A stretch of DNA of 64,000 nt from IMG/VR virus record IMGVR_UViG_3300046820_001270, positions 128,001 to 192,000 of that record, one strand, 5' to 3'. The DNA comes from a virus (taxonomy: Duplodnaviria; Caudoviricetes). Positions 48,662 through 57,532 of the stretch are shown here, piece by piece. Both the position numbers and the translations under genes were made by a program. Below the pieces are notes generated by a model that saw only the letters and a program-made list of their open reading frames with translations, was not told the origin of the DNA and ran no database searches. The stretch's first letter is position 1. The number at the start of each line of letters is the position of its first letter.

Positions 48662-49054
48662 TTACATATTTTTCTTAATGTGTTTTATACACATATTAGT
48701 ATACTTTTCTTCATTACGTTTAGCCTCCTTTTCCAATGGATTTTGAGAGTAATAATGAGTTTTTTCGTAATTTCTATATTTTGTACGAGATTGTAAATAA
48801 TGAGTATATTCGTGGATCATGGTCGCCACAATATCGTGTATTGTGGTATTATTTGGTAGATATAAAGTTATAGTGTTCCTCCAAAAACAGTAGTTTCCGT
48901 AAACATCACAATTACCCATTTTACGTTTTCTTTCACTAACTTTAAAAATAATTTTACGTCTTTTTCTATCACACATCCCAAAATACTCCTTACACCACTT
49001 TAAGGCTTGATGAGCGTAATAAGTTTTGGATCCTATGTCGATAGTTCTAGCCAT
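48662..49054 (-). CDS. small zincin-like metallopeptidase
   Basis: TMIHEYTHYLQ...NPLEKEA. Confidence 0.7.
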   Translation of the reverse strand: MARTIDIGSKTYYAHQALKWCKEYFGMCDRKRRKIIFKVSERKRKMGNCDVYGNYCFWRNTITLYLPNNTTIHDIVATMIHEYTHYLQSRTKYRNYEKTHYYSQNPLEKEAKRNEEKYTNMCIKHIKKNM

Positions 49055-49406
49055 TATTTTTATCTATTTTAATCGTCCTTGGTGATCTTTTAATTGGTTT
49101 TGAGGTTACTTCATTAACTGCATCAAAGTTCTGTGCAATGTCATTTAAAATAGCGGCAAACTCATAATTCTCCGACTCTTCGTTCTTCTTCCAAAGAACA
49201 CTAACAAAACTCCTTAATTCTAAATCTGTCAGTTTAGCCCTTACTTTAACCGCATTTTTCATCAGTTTTAAGACCATGTACTGAACACCTAATTTCTTAT
49301 CTTGATTTAAGGAGAAGTAATTATTGATCGTCACATTAGATAAAATTGATGCCGATACGTTCTCCAAAAATGAAATGAACGACGGATGGTTAATGTTTAC
49401 ATTCAT
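49047..49406 (-). CDS. hypothetical protein with UVR-like ENYEFAA motif
   Basis: EESENYEFAAILND. Confidence 0.6.
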   Translation of the reverse strand: MNVNINHPSFISFLENVSASILSNVTINNYFSLNQDKKLGVQYMVLKLMKNAVKVRAKLTDLELRSFVSVLWKKNEESENYEFAAILNDIAQNFDAVNEVTSKPIKRSPRTIKIDKNNG

Positions 49407-49513
49407 AAGTCTTTTCGTTTTTAATAAATAGTATTGTTATTGTTCTAAAAATGGAAAAGGGGATAAGTTTTTTAATTACTTAACCCCTTGACCTTCAATT
49501 TAATCGATATTCT

Positions 49514-49873
49514 CTATTTCGCCCATTTACCATTTTTTACCAATTGAGCAATAATGGAATAAACCGATAAGTCTTGGTAAGTGTCGTCTACCGCCTCTCC
49601 TACGTTATCCTGACCCCCTAAAACGACGAGTTGTTTGATCCTTTGGATCTTATCGTTCATTCTAAACCAAAGTCCCATTTGGGACAATTTACGGTCTTCT
49701 TCCTTAGTTAGATCTTTACCTAAGGCGATGTTATCAGGACCGTAATTGGACTGTTTTTTACAAAAAGTCTCATATTGGTCTCTCATTATTTTTTTGAATT
49801 CTCGGGTCATTTCTGGGTACTTATCCTCAATTTCTTTGATGACCGGATTTACTTGTGGTTTCTCTTCAGACAT
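49514..49873 (-). CDS. DUF1599 (nucleotide-modification-associated domain 1) protein
   Basis: KKQSNYG.DN...RMNDKIQR...DTYQDL.VY. Confidence 0.75.
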   Translation of the reverse strand: MSEEKPQVNPVIKEIEDKYPEMTREFKKIMRDQYETFCKKQSNYGPDNIALGKDLTKEEDRKLSQMGLWFRMNDKIQRIKQLVVLGGQDNVGEAVDDTYQDLSVYSIIAQLVKNGKWAK

Positions 49874-49945
49874 AAAATATCATTTATATTATAATATAAC
49901 GATTTTCTTTTGTAATACAAAATATTTATATAAAAACATATACAC

Positions 49946-50191
49946 ATGTCTTCTAAGAAATACCAAGAAATGCAGGCTTCGGGTGAAAAACCACATTCAG
50001 ACCAACCTAAACACAAACAACTTATTAAAATGTTGACTTTCAGAGTAGTACCTGCCTACTATAAGGAAATTGAGAAGGTTGCAAACCATAAAGATATGAC
50101 TGTTTCTAAATTAATTAGAACATACATTAAGGATGGTATGAAAAAAGACGGAGAATTAACCGATAAAGAGGAAAAAGATTTTGGTTTATAG
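49946..50191 (+). CDS. ribbon-helix-helix-like DNA-binding protein
   Basis: MLTFRV...EIEKVA..KDMTVSKLIRTYI. Confidence 0.55.
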   Translation: MSSKKYQEMQASGEKPHSDQPKHKQLIKMLTFRVVPAYYKEIEKVANHKDMTVSKLIRTYIKDGMKKDGELTDKEEKDFGL

Positions 50192-50199
50192 TAAATTAT

Positions 50200-50526
50200 A
50201 TGAAAAAAACAATTATTACCGAAAATCAGGTAAAAAACGTATTAGATAAAGTTTTAATGGAAGAAACCTCCAAAGTTTCTCGTAATGAGTTCAGTAGAGT
50301 TCAGTTCAAAATTGAAGAACTACAAAATTCCCTTAATGAAACTGTTAGAGAACTTAGAAAATTGGAAGATTCTATCCCAAGTGGTTTACAAACCCTTACA
50401 AAATCAAGAATTTCGATGATTTCATCAAATTTGTTAAATTCGCAGAAATTATTGGTAATTGTTAAAGAAAAGATCAGAAATTATAAAAAAAGTTTATATT
50501 CACAAACAATAGAAGAAAAGAAATAA
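50200..50526 (+). CDS. leader-bearing coiled-coil protein
   Basis: MKKTIITENQV...LMEE. Confidence 0.65.
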   Translation: MKKTIITENQVKNVLDKVLMEETSKVSRNEFSRVQFKIEELQNSLNETVRELRKLEDSIPSGLQTLTKSRISMISSNLLNSQKLLVIVKEKIRNYKKSLYSQTIEEKK

Positions 50527-51287
50527 TGAAACTTATCCAATTAATAGAAGAGTTTGATCCAAATTTAAAGAAAGATGACCCAAGTTATAAGAAACTTGTT
50601 AAAACTGTCAAATTTCTTGAAAAAAAGGAAAAAGTGTTGTTCATAACAACCTCAAATAGAGGTGAATGGGCGATGAAGGAACTCAAGGAGGAACCAAAGT
50701 CAACAAAATTGGCTAAGGCGGTTCAATCATACTTAGGTAAGTCAAAATGTACACTTTTCGAGACAATAAAATTACAAATACATCATTGTGAGGGTAATGT
50801 GTCCCATTTTGAGGGTAATTCATGTGGTGTTAAGAAGGCGTCCCTAAAAGATAAAGATAAGAACCCAACTGGTAATCATAGATGTTGGAGGAGTATTAAC
50901 AATCCCGATGATGAACTATGGAAAATCACCAAAGAACTCTTTGAATGTGATGCTGTGGTGTTTTTTGGGTCAATTAGATGGGGTCAAATGAATGCTCAAT
51001 ACCAAAATCTAATAGAAAGACTAACATTTTTACAGAATAGACACTCTACATTGAGTGAATCTAACATTTTAGGGGATATTTCATGTGGTATCATCGCCAC
51101 AGGTCAAAACTGGAACGGAAAAGAAGTGATCAACACCCAAAAACAAGTTCTTTCTTTTTTCGGATTTGATGTAAAGGATGAATTATCTTGGAATTGGCAA
51201 TTTACCGAGAATGTACTTGATGAAACATTAAAAAGTTATAAAGCGTCAGGTAAAAAATTTAACGATACTTTTGAATTAGATCAATAA
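50526..51287 (+). CDS. flavodoxin-like / NAD(P)H-dependent FMN reductase family protein
   Basis: LFITTS.RG...IHHCEG..C...D...I...L.ECDAVVFFGSIRWG.M....NLIERL. Confidence 0.75.
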   Translation: MKLIQLIEEFDPNLKKDDPSYKKLVKTVKFLEKKEKVLFITTSNRGEWAMKELKEEPKSTKLAKAVQSYLGKSKCTLFETIKLQIHHCEGNVSHFEGNSCGVKKASLKDKDKNPTGNHRCWRSINNPDDELWKITKELFECDAVVFFGSIRWGQMNAQYQNLIERLTFLQNRHSTLSESNILGDISCGIIATGQNWNGKEVINTQKQVLSFFGFDVKDELSWNWQFTENVLDETLKSYKASGKKFNDTFELDQ

Positions 51288-51715
51288 TTCTTTTTCATCA
51301 CTCTTTTACCCTTTTTAGTAAGAAAAAACATCTCCTCGGTTGTCTCATCTTCATACGAGTCAACTAATCCTTTCTCTTTTAGTTCGTATAACACACTACC
51401 GGCAACGATTTCACGTAAAACAACGTCAAATTCCTCATCGTTAAAAACACCTAAAAATTCGTCCTCGTCATTTTCTAATTCACCCAATATAAACTTTTCG
51501 GTTAGTTTATCTAAAAGGTATTTCTCAGCAAACACAGTAGAATTAATCTCATAATCTTCAAAAAATTCACTTTCAGTCAAATCGGTAATGATTTCGTTAG
51601 TCATTTCGATTACAATAGGTTGGTATATCTTATTCATTATCATTAAAATTGTTCTATTATAAATAATAATCAAAAACCTTATAAAAAAGAAATTTGATGG
51701 ACTTTTGTTTTCCAC
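51281..51715 (-). CDS. acidic hypothetical protein (true start probably near 51640)
   Basis: ORF track; wHTH-like LYELKEKGLV C-terminus. Confidence 0.55.
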   Translation of the reverse strand: MENKSPSNFFFIRFLIIIYNRTILMIMNKIYQPIVIEMTNEIITDLTESEFFEDYEINSTVFAEKYLLDKLTEKFILGELENDEDEFLGVFNDEEFDVVLREIVAGSVLYELKEKGLVDSYEDETTEEMFFLTKKGKRVMKKNY

Positions 51716-51750
51716 ATTTATTTGTTATATTATTAAAAAATTAATTATAC

Positions 51751-53004
51751 ATGAAGAAAGGTAAAATTTTTATCCAAATTGCGTCATATCGAGACCCACA
51801 ATTAGTTCCAACAATTAAAGACTGTATTGAAAAGGCAAAGAACCCTAAAAACTTAGTGTTTTCAATTGCTTGGCAACATTCAACTGAAGATGCTTGGGAT
51901 AATTTAGATGAATTTAAAGATGACAAAAGATTTAAAATTATTGACATTGATTATAAAGATGCCAAAGGTGCTTGTTGGGCGAGAAACCAATTACAACAAC
52001 AATATAACGATGAAGAGTACACATTACAATTAGATTCACATCATAGATTTTTAGAAAATTGGGATGCTGAGTTAATCACGATGTATAAAGGACTAGTAGA
52101 GAAGGGTCATGAAAAACCATTGTTAACAAGTTATATTTCATCATTTGATCCTGATAACGATCCTGCGGCAAGAGTACAAGTTCCTTGGAAAATGAACTTT
52201 GATAGATTTATTCCTGAAGGTGCAGTATTTTTCTTACCAGCAGGTATCGACAACTATAAAGAATTAAGTGAACCTATTCCTGCAAGATTTTACTCAGCAC
52301 ACTTTGCATTTGCTTCAGGTAGTTTTGTAAAAGAAGTTCCACACGATCCTGAATATTATTTTCACGGAGAAGAAATCTCAATTGCCGTTAGAGCGTACAC
52401 ATGGGGATATGATTTATTCCACCCACATAAGACTTTAATTTGGCACGAGTATACAAGAAAGAATAGAACTAAACAATGGGACGATGATAGAACTTGGGTT
52501 GACAAAAACAATGCATGTCATAAAAGAAACAGAAAATTATTCGAAATGGACGGTGAAGTAAAGGACATCGATTTCGGACCATATGATTTTGGTACAGTTA
52601 GAACATTGGAAGATTACGAAAGATATTCTGGTTTATCTTTTAAAAAGAGAGCAGTACAAAAATTCACATTAGATAATAATATTGCACCAAATCCGCCATT
52701 ATATGGCCAAGAATTCGAAGATTCATTTTTGAAGATATTTAAACATTGTATAGATGTACATAAAGGATCATTTAATAAAGAAGAGGATTACGATTTTTGG
52801 GCGGTTATTTTCGAAGACGACTCAAGTCAGCCTTTACATAGAAAAGATCTTGAACTAAATGAAATTAATTCGTTATTAAACAATAACGATCAATTTGTTA
52901 GAATTTGGAGAACATTTGATACTGAAACAAAACCAAGTAAATGGATTGTTTGGCCTCACTCAACAACTAACGGTTGGTTAAATAAAATTGAAGGTAGAAT
53001 ATAA
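51751..53004 (+). CDS. GlcNAc-transferase-like glycosyltransferase (PF11397-like)
   Basis: IFIQIASYRD...GACWAR...LQLDSHHRF...FHGEEI...TWGYD.F.P. Confidence 0.85.
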   Translation: MKKGKIFIQIASYRDPQLVPTIKDCIEKAKNPKNLVFSIAWQHSTEDAWDNLDEFKDDKRFKIIDIDYKDAKGACWARNQLQQQYNDEEYTLQLDSHHRFLENWDAELITMYKGLVEKGHEKPLLTSYISSFDPDNDPAARVQVPWKMNFDRFIPEGAVFFLPAGIDNYKELSEPIPARFYSAHFAFASGSFVKEVPHDPEYYFHGEEISIAVRAYTWGYDLFHPHKTLIWHEYTRKNRTKQWDDDRTWVDKNNACHKRNRKLFEMDGEVKDIDFGPYDFGTVRTLEDYERYSGLSFKKRAVQKFTLDNNIAPNPPLYGQEFEDSFLKIFKHCIDVHKGSFNKEEDYDFWAVIFEDDSSQPLHRKDLELNEINSLLNNNDQFVRIWRTFDTETKPSKWIVWPHSTTNGWLNKIEGRI

Positions 53005-53016
53005 AATAAAAAAAAT

Positions 53017-53577
53017 ATGGATTTAACTTTAGAAAGAATGTATCACATTGGGAGACCTAGACCACCTAAAGGTCAGGGATTTGGTGGTATATATGAAAAT
53101 GGATATTATATTAATTATTTACATGGATTAGATTTTTTTTGTAGAAAACACATAAATAAAACGACTAAAATTTTAGAATTAGGTTGTTTTTATGGTGCTT
53201 CTTCGGAATTATTTAGTGAATATTCGGATTTTGTAACCAGCGTTGACTTGGAGTTACATAATGAAATGAAAGATGTTATTGAAAGAAAAAATGTTAAATT
53301 TATTCAATCAGATTCTATTGAATTTTTAAGTAAATTAGAGGTTGGTGAATATGACATCATTTATATTGATACAACACACGACTTCGGTCAAACCAAAAAA
53401 GAAATTTTATTATCTTATGAAAAATTATTAAACGGACAGTTTATTTCTGGACATGATTATAATTCTCCCGGTGTGTATAATGCGGTAATGGATGTTTTTG
53501 AATATCCTGATATTGAAATATACTTAGATAGTTCTTGGTTAATTAAGAAGACAGAAAATTTAGTGATAAAAAAGTAA
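53017..53577 (+). CDS. class I SAM-dependent methyltransferase (Methyltransf_24-like)
   Basis: ILELGCFYGAS...DIIYID..H...GHDY. Confidence 0.85.
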   Translation: MDLTLERMYHIGRPRPPKGQGFGGIYENGYYINYLHGLDFFCRKHINKTTKILELGCFYGASSELFSEYSDFVTSVDLELHNEMKDVIERKNVKFIQSDSIEFLSKLEVGEYDIIYIDTTHDFGQTKKEILLSYEKLLNGQFISGHDYNSPGVYNAVMDVFEYPDIEIYLDSSWLIKKTENLVIKK

Positions 53578-53580
53578 AAA

Positions 53581-54399
53581 ATGAAAAAAGCATTATTAGG
53601 GTTATCAAATAATATTAGTCAACATAAAGAAAAAATAAAAATTTGGTCAGATAGTTTTAGAAAGTTTTCGGATGGAGAAGTAATTCTATTAGCTGCAAAT
53701 TCAAATGAAGAAGATATTAGGGTTTGTAATGAATTGAACATTAGACCCATTCCTGTAGTTGTTGAAGATACTTGGTATATTAATCATAAAAGATTGGAAC
53801 ATACCTATAATTTCTTAAAAGATACTGACATTGATTTGTTTATGATAACAGATGTGTTCGATGTGGTATTTCAGTCTGACCCATTTCAAAAATTTGATTT
53901 GGAAAACTATGACTTATTTATGGGCGCTGAAGGTATTTTAATGTCTGAAGAGCCTTGGAATAGTGATGTTATAAATAAAGTATTTCCAGGTGAAATAGAA
54001 TGTTGTAGAAACCACGAAATCATTTGTAGTGGAGTGATCGGCGGAAAGAAAGATCAATTGGTTTCATTATATAAACGTATGTACGATAAATGTGAATCTG
54101 GAACTAACAATCATAATATAAAGGATCAGGCAGCATTAATCATTATGATTGCTAAAAACGAAATTGATAAATTAAAGATTTTTAATTTAAATGATGCATG
54201 GGCGATGCATTGTTCTACCTCAGGACCAACACAATTCTTCGAATCGTGGGGACTTAGAAATAATATTGAAAGGAGGTATAATGTTCCTAAAATGATAGAC
54301 GGTAAAATTTACACAAACGATAATAAACTTTACGATATTGTACATCAATTCAATAGAGTACCGGAATGGAAAGATATTTTAACAGATGAGTTTAAATAA
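53581..54399 (+). CDS. glycosyltransferase-like protein
   Basis: ITDVFDVVFQSDPF...CSGVIGG...DQA...VHQFNR. Confidence 0.75.
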   Translation: MKKALLGLSNNISQHKEKIKIWSDSFRKFSDGEVILLAANSNEEDIRVCNELNIRPIPVVVEDTWYINHKRLEHTYNFLKDTDIDLFMITDVFDVVFQSDPFQKFDLENYDLFMGAEGILMSEEPWNSDVINKVFPGEIECCRNHEIICSGVIGGKKDQLVSLYKRMYDKCESGTNNHNIKDQAALIIMIAKNEIDKLKIFNLNDAWAMHCSTSGPTQFFESWGLRNNIERRYNVPKMIDGKIYTNDNKLYDIVHQFNRVPEWKDILTDEFK

Positions 54400-55147
54400 T
54401 GCATATTGTGTATGTACCGTACCGGGTACTTACCAATCATACGTAAGACATTGGGATTCATTTAAAGAAACCGGAAGAGAATTAACATTCGTATCGGATA
54501 TTAGTTCCGATGGATCTTTTGATGTTGGTTTTTTATATAATGAAACCAATATTAGAATGAGTCTTAATTTTTATAAAGATGTTGATAAAAGAAATTTTTG
54601 GAACTCGGTTGGTAATAGAAACATTATATGGTTTTATGCACATTTTAGAATGTTAAATTATTACATACATAATCCACATTACGATAACTATTGGTTTTTC
54701 GATGATGACGTTAGAATGGATGATTGGAACGCGTTTTTTAATGGTGTTGATAACGACGATTCAGATTTTATGTCTTACTTTTGTTTTAAAAATAAAAATG
54801 TAGAATCTCAGTTATCAATTCCAAAAATAGATAGTAATACACATTCTTGTGATGCGTGGTTTTTAAGATTTCCAGGTCCAGGTGATGTAGTACCTGAAGA
54901 TGTTAAAGAAATATTTGGATCATTTTTTCCCGTTGTAAAATATTCAAACAGAGCAATGAAAAAATTATTAGATTTAAATAACGAAGGATTAAGTGGATAC
55001 TCAGAAGGATTTGTACCTACAATGTTAAATAAACATGGAATGAAAATAAACACATTGATTAAATCAGATGACACGTCAGATTTTTTTGATGTTAACGAAG
55101 TTAATATTAAACATAAAAATATAAAAATAGAATGGTCATGGATATAA
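54386..55147 (+). CDS. glycosyltransferase-like protein
   Basis: YDNYWFFDDDV DxD motif; in GT operon. Confidence 0.65.
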   Translation: MSLNNAYCVCTVPGTYQSYVRHWDSFKETGRELTFVSDISSDGSFDVGFLYNETNIRMSLNFYKDVDKRNFWNSVGNRNIIWFYAHFRMLNYYIHNPHYDNYWFFDDDVRMDDWNAFFNGVDNDDSDFMSYFCFKNKNVESQLSIPKIDSNTHSCDAWFLRFPGPGDVVPEDVKEIFGSFFPVVKYSNRAMKKLLDLNNEGLSGYSEGFVPTMLNKHGMKINTLIKSDDTSDFFDVNEVNIKHKNIKIEWSWI

Positions 55148-55935
55148 AAAAACCAGTAATAGTAACAGCACTATATGATATCGGTAGAGATAAATGGGAA
55201 AAATTTACATCGTCTTATGGTGGTTATATTCATATGATGGAAAGAACATTATCAATTGATAATGAGATGGTTATCTATACACAAGAAAAATTTAAAGATG
55301 AGATCATTGAACTTAGAAAAAAGTATGATGTTAATTTAAATAAAACGGTTTTAATTATTCAAGAATTAGAAGAGTTGGATGCGTATAAATTGTATAATGA
55401 AAAATTAAACGATTTAATGTTCTCCGATGAATTTGTTAAGAAGGTTTCTTTTCCTGACGTTCCCGAAATGTGTAAACCATTATATAATGTAATCATGTTC
55501 AATAAAATGTTTTGGTTAAAAGATACAGTCGATAAAAAATATTTTGATGGGGATTTGATCATTTGGGCAGATGCGGGTGGTTTAAGAGAACCAATGGAAT
55601 TGTATAAAGGGAAGGTTTGGCCAAGTATTACTAAGATAAATGAAATTGAAGGAGAAAAAATTATTTTCTTTAGTCATCATGAAGATTTTAATGTTGACGA
55701 CAAAGAATTCTTATCATTATCTCAAATTAGAAATATACAAGGTACGGCTTTCTTTGTACCAACAAATATGGTGAATTATTTGACAGAAGAGTTTTGTAAA
55801 ACAATTGACGAATCTATTGATAACAAATATATTGGTAGTGATGAAAAAGTTTTTGACATTACTTATGTAAGAGATAAATCCAAATATCATTTGGTTAAAT
55901 GTACATGGAGAGAATACTTTAAAATATTTGAATAA
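55132..55935 (+). CDS. HtrL/YibB (WlaTC)-family glycosyltransferase
   Basis: IVTALYDIGR...MFNK.F.L...WADAG...GSDE. Confidence 0.8.
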   Translation: MVMDIKKPVIVTALYDIGRDKWEKFTSSYGGYIHMMERTLSIDNEMVIYTQEKFKDEIIELRKKYDVNLNKTVLIIQELEELDAYKLYNEKLNDLMFSDEFVKKVSFPDVPEMCKPLYNVIMFNKMFWLKDTVDKKYFDGDLIIWADAGGLREPMELYKGKVWPSITKINEIEGEKIIFFSHHEDFNVDDKEFLSLSQIRNIQGTAFFVPTNMVNYLTEEFCKTIDESIDNKYIGSDEKVFDITYVRDKSKYHLVKCTWREYFKIFE

Positions 55936-55946
55936 TAAAAAACCAC

Positions 55947-56087
55947 CTATTTGGTGGTTTTCTTTTCTTCAGGTTTCTTTAAACCTTTCTTTAATTCTTC
56001 TTTTTTCTCACGAGCGATTTGTTCAAGTTTTTTATGTTGCTCGGAAATTCTTTTCTTTTCCTCTTCGGACATTCCAAATACTGACAT
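55947..56087 (-). CDS. small charged protein (46 aa)
   Basis: MSVFGMSEEEKKRISEQHKK... Confidence 0.55.
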   Translation of the reverse strand: MSVFGMSEEEKKRISEQHKKLEQIAREKKEELKKGLKKPEEKKTTK

Positions 56088-56089
56088 GA

Positions 56090-56410
56090 TTATATTGTTT
56101 TATTATCTATTATTTCAATTGCATCATCTTTTTTATGTTTTAACATTTCACATTTTTCATATTCTTCTCGGTCTTCAAAAATAAGAATTAAAGCATCCAA
56201 TATTTCAATGTAAAGTTGTAAATCATTATCATAAGATAAGATGGTACACGTATTATTATAATCATTTAATATCTCATTGTCAACTGCAACCATAAAATTC
56301 GATATCATCTCCAATTCATCTTCATCATAATTGTCGTTATGTAAGACTCTTGTTGATTGTAAAAGAAAGTTGGATGACATACTCATACTATTATCATAAA
56401 TATCACTCAT
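56090..56410 (-). CDS. hypothetical protein with UVR-like EEYEKC motif
   Basis: FEDREEYEKCEMLK. Confidence 0.65.
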   Translation of the reverse strand: MSDIYDNSMSMSSNFLLQSTRVLHNDNYDEDELEMISNFMVAVDNEILNDYNNTCTILSYDNDLQLYIEILDALILIFEDREEYEKCEMLKHKKDDAIEIIDNKTI

Positions 56411-56730
56411 ATAGTGTCTTTTAATTTTTTATCTAATATCCTGAAACATTCAATAAACCCGTCCGTTTCAGTTTCATCTCTGGTTGTTCTTGAATCTTGT
56501 GTTGGACCAAATACAATACCATTTTTAAGTGATATAGTAAAAACCCATTGATGTGGGGTATACATTTCAATGGTTAGGTACACACCTTCTTTATCAAAAA
56601 ATTGATATAATTTTTTTGAGTCGTATAACCCTAAAGTTGATAAACTAATAACCCCAACATTTGGGAACATAATATCCTTAAACCTTTGAAAGGCAATTGG
56701 ATATAGATATTCAATAACATACCAATCCAT
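56407..56730 (-). CDS. hypothetical protein
   Basis: 107 aa ORF. Confidence 0.65.
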   Translation of the reverse strand: MDWYVIEYLYPIAFQRFKDIMFPNVGVISLSTLGLYDSKKLYQFFDKEGVYLTIEMYTPHQWVFTISLKNGIVFGPTQDSRTTRDETETDGFIECFRILDKKLKDTI

Positions 56731-56826
56731 ATTATTAATAATAAGAAAAATATCTCTATTTTGTATCTATAAAAGGTATAATTTTTGATTTTGATTAAAA
56801 TCAATATAATTATGATTGTTTAGCCC

Positions 56827-57066
56827 ATGTACATAAGAGAATTTTATTATAATGACGACAATAGAATATTGTACGTTGAATTTTCAACCGATAATGACGG
56901 TGACGAGACATATCGTGTTTTAGAATTAACTATTGAGGACGTTATGTATTACTCTCCCAGTATTATTCATGAAAATGATATGTATAATATGGAGGAAAAT
57001 GATGTCATTGAATTAATTGACCAATATTCAACGGAAAATGATTTACCCGAAGAATCAATTTTGTAA
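56827..57066 (+). CDS. acidic hypothetical protein
   Basis: 79 aa ORF. Confidence 0.65.
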   Translation: MYIREFYYNDDNRILYVEFSTDNDGDETYRVLELTIEDVMYYSPSIIHENDMYNMEENDVIELIDQYSTENDLPEESIL

Positions 57067-57078
57067 TATTTATAAAGT

Positions 57079-57447
57079 ATGAGTTTTTTAACAGACGAGA
57101 AAAAGGAAATATTAGACAAGTTTGTCCTATTTGTAAAGGAACAATTGGAACTTGAAACCGTTCCTACCATCAAGATCCAAAATCATAGAGATGGTCTAAA
57201 AACGACTGCAAACTACGATTACACCAAAGAAAACAAGATTATTAAGGTATGTGCTAAGAACCGAGCATTAGTTGATGTATGTAGAAGTATTGCTCACGAA
57301 ATGGTTCACCACAAACAATATGAACAAGGACGTTTAGAGAAAAGACCACCCGATATCGGTGGTGAGATCGAGGACGAAGCGAACGCTAAGGCCGGTCAGT
57401 ATATCAAAATGTACTCTAAAAAAGATCCTAATATCTACGAAGAATAG
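57079..57447 (+). CDS. small zincin-like metallopeptidase
   Basis: RSIAHEMVHHKQ...IEDEANAKAG. Confidence 0.7.
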   Translation: MSFLTDEKKEILDKFVLFVKEQLELETVPTIKIQNHRDGLKTTANYDYTKENKIIKVCAKNRALVDVCRSIAHEMVHHKQYEQGRLEKRPPDIGGEIEDEANAKAGQYIKMYSKKDPNIYEE

Positions 57448-57532
57448 TTAAATCTTTATTTTTAACCCAAAAAAGGGTATTTTTCCCTATACCAATATCG
57501 TTTTCAAAAGTTTTATTGGATATTTATAAACT

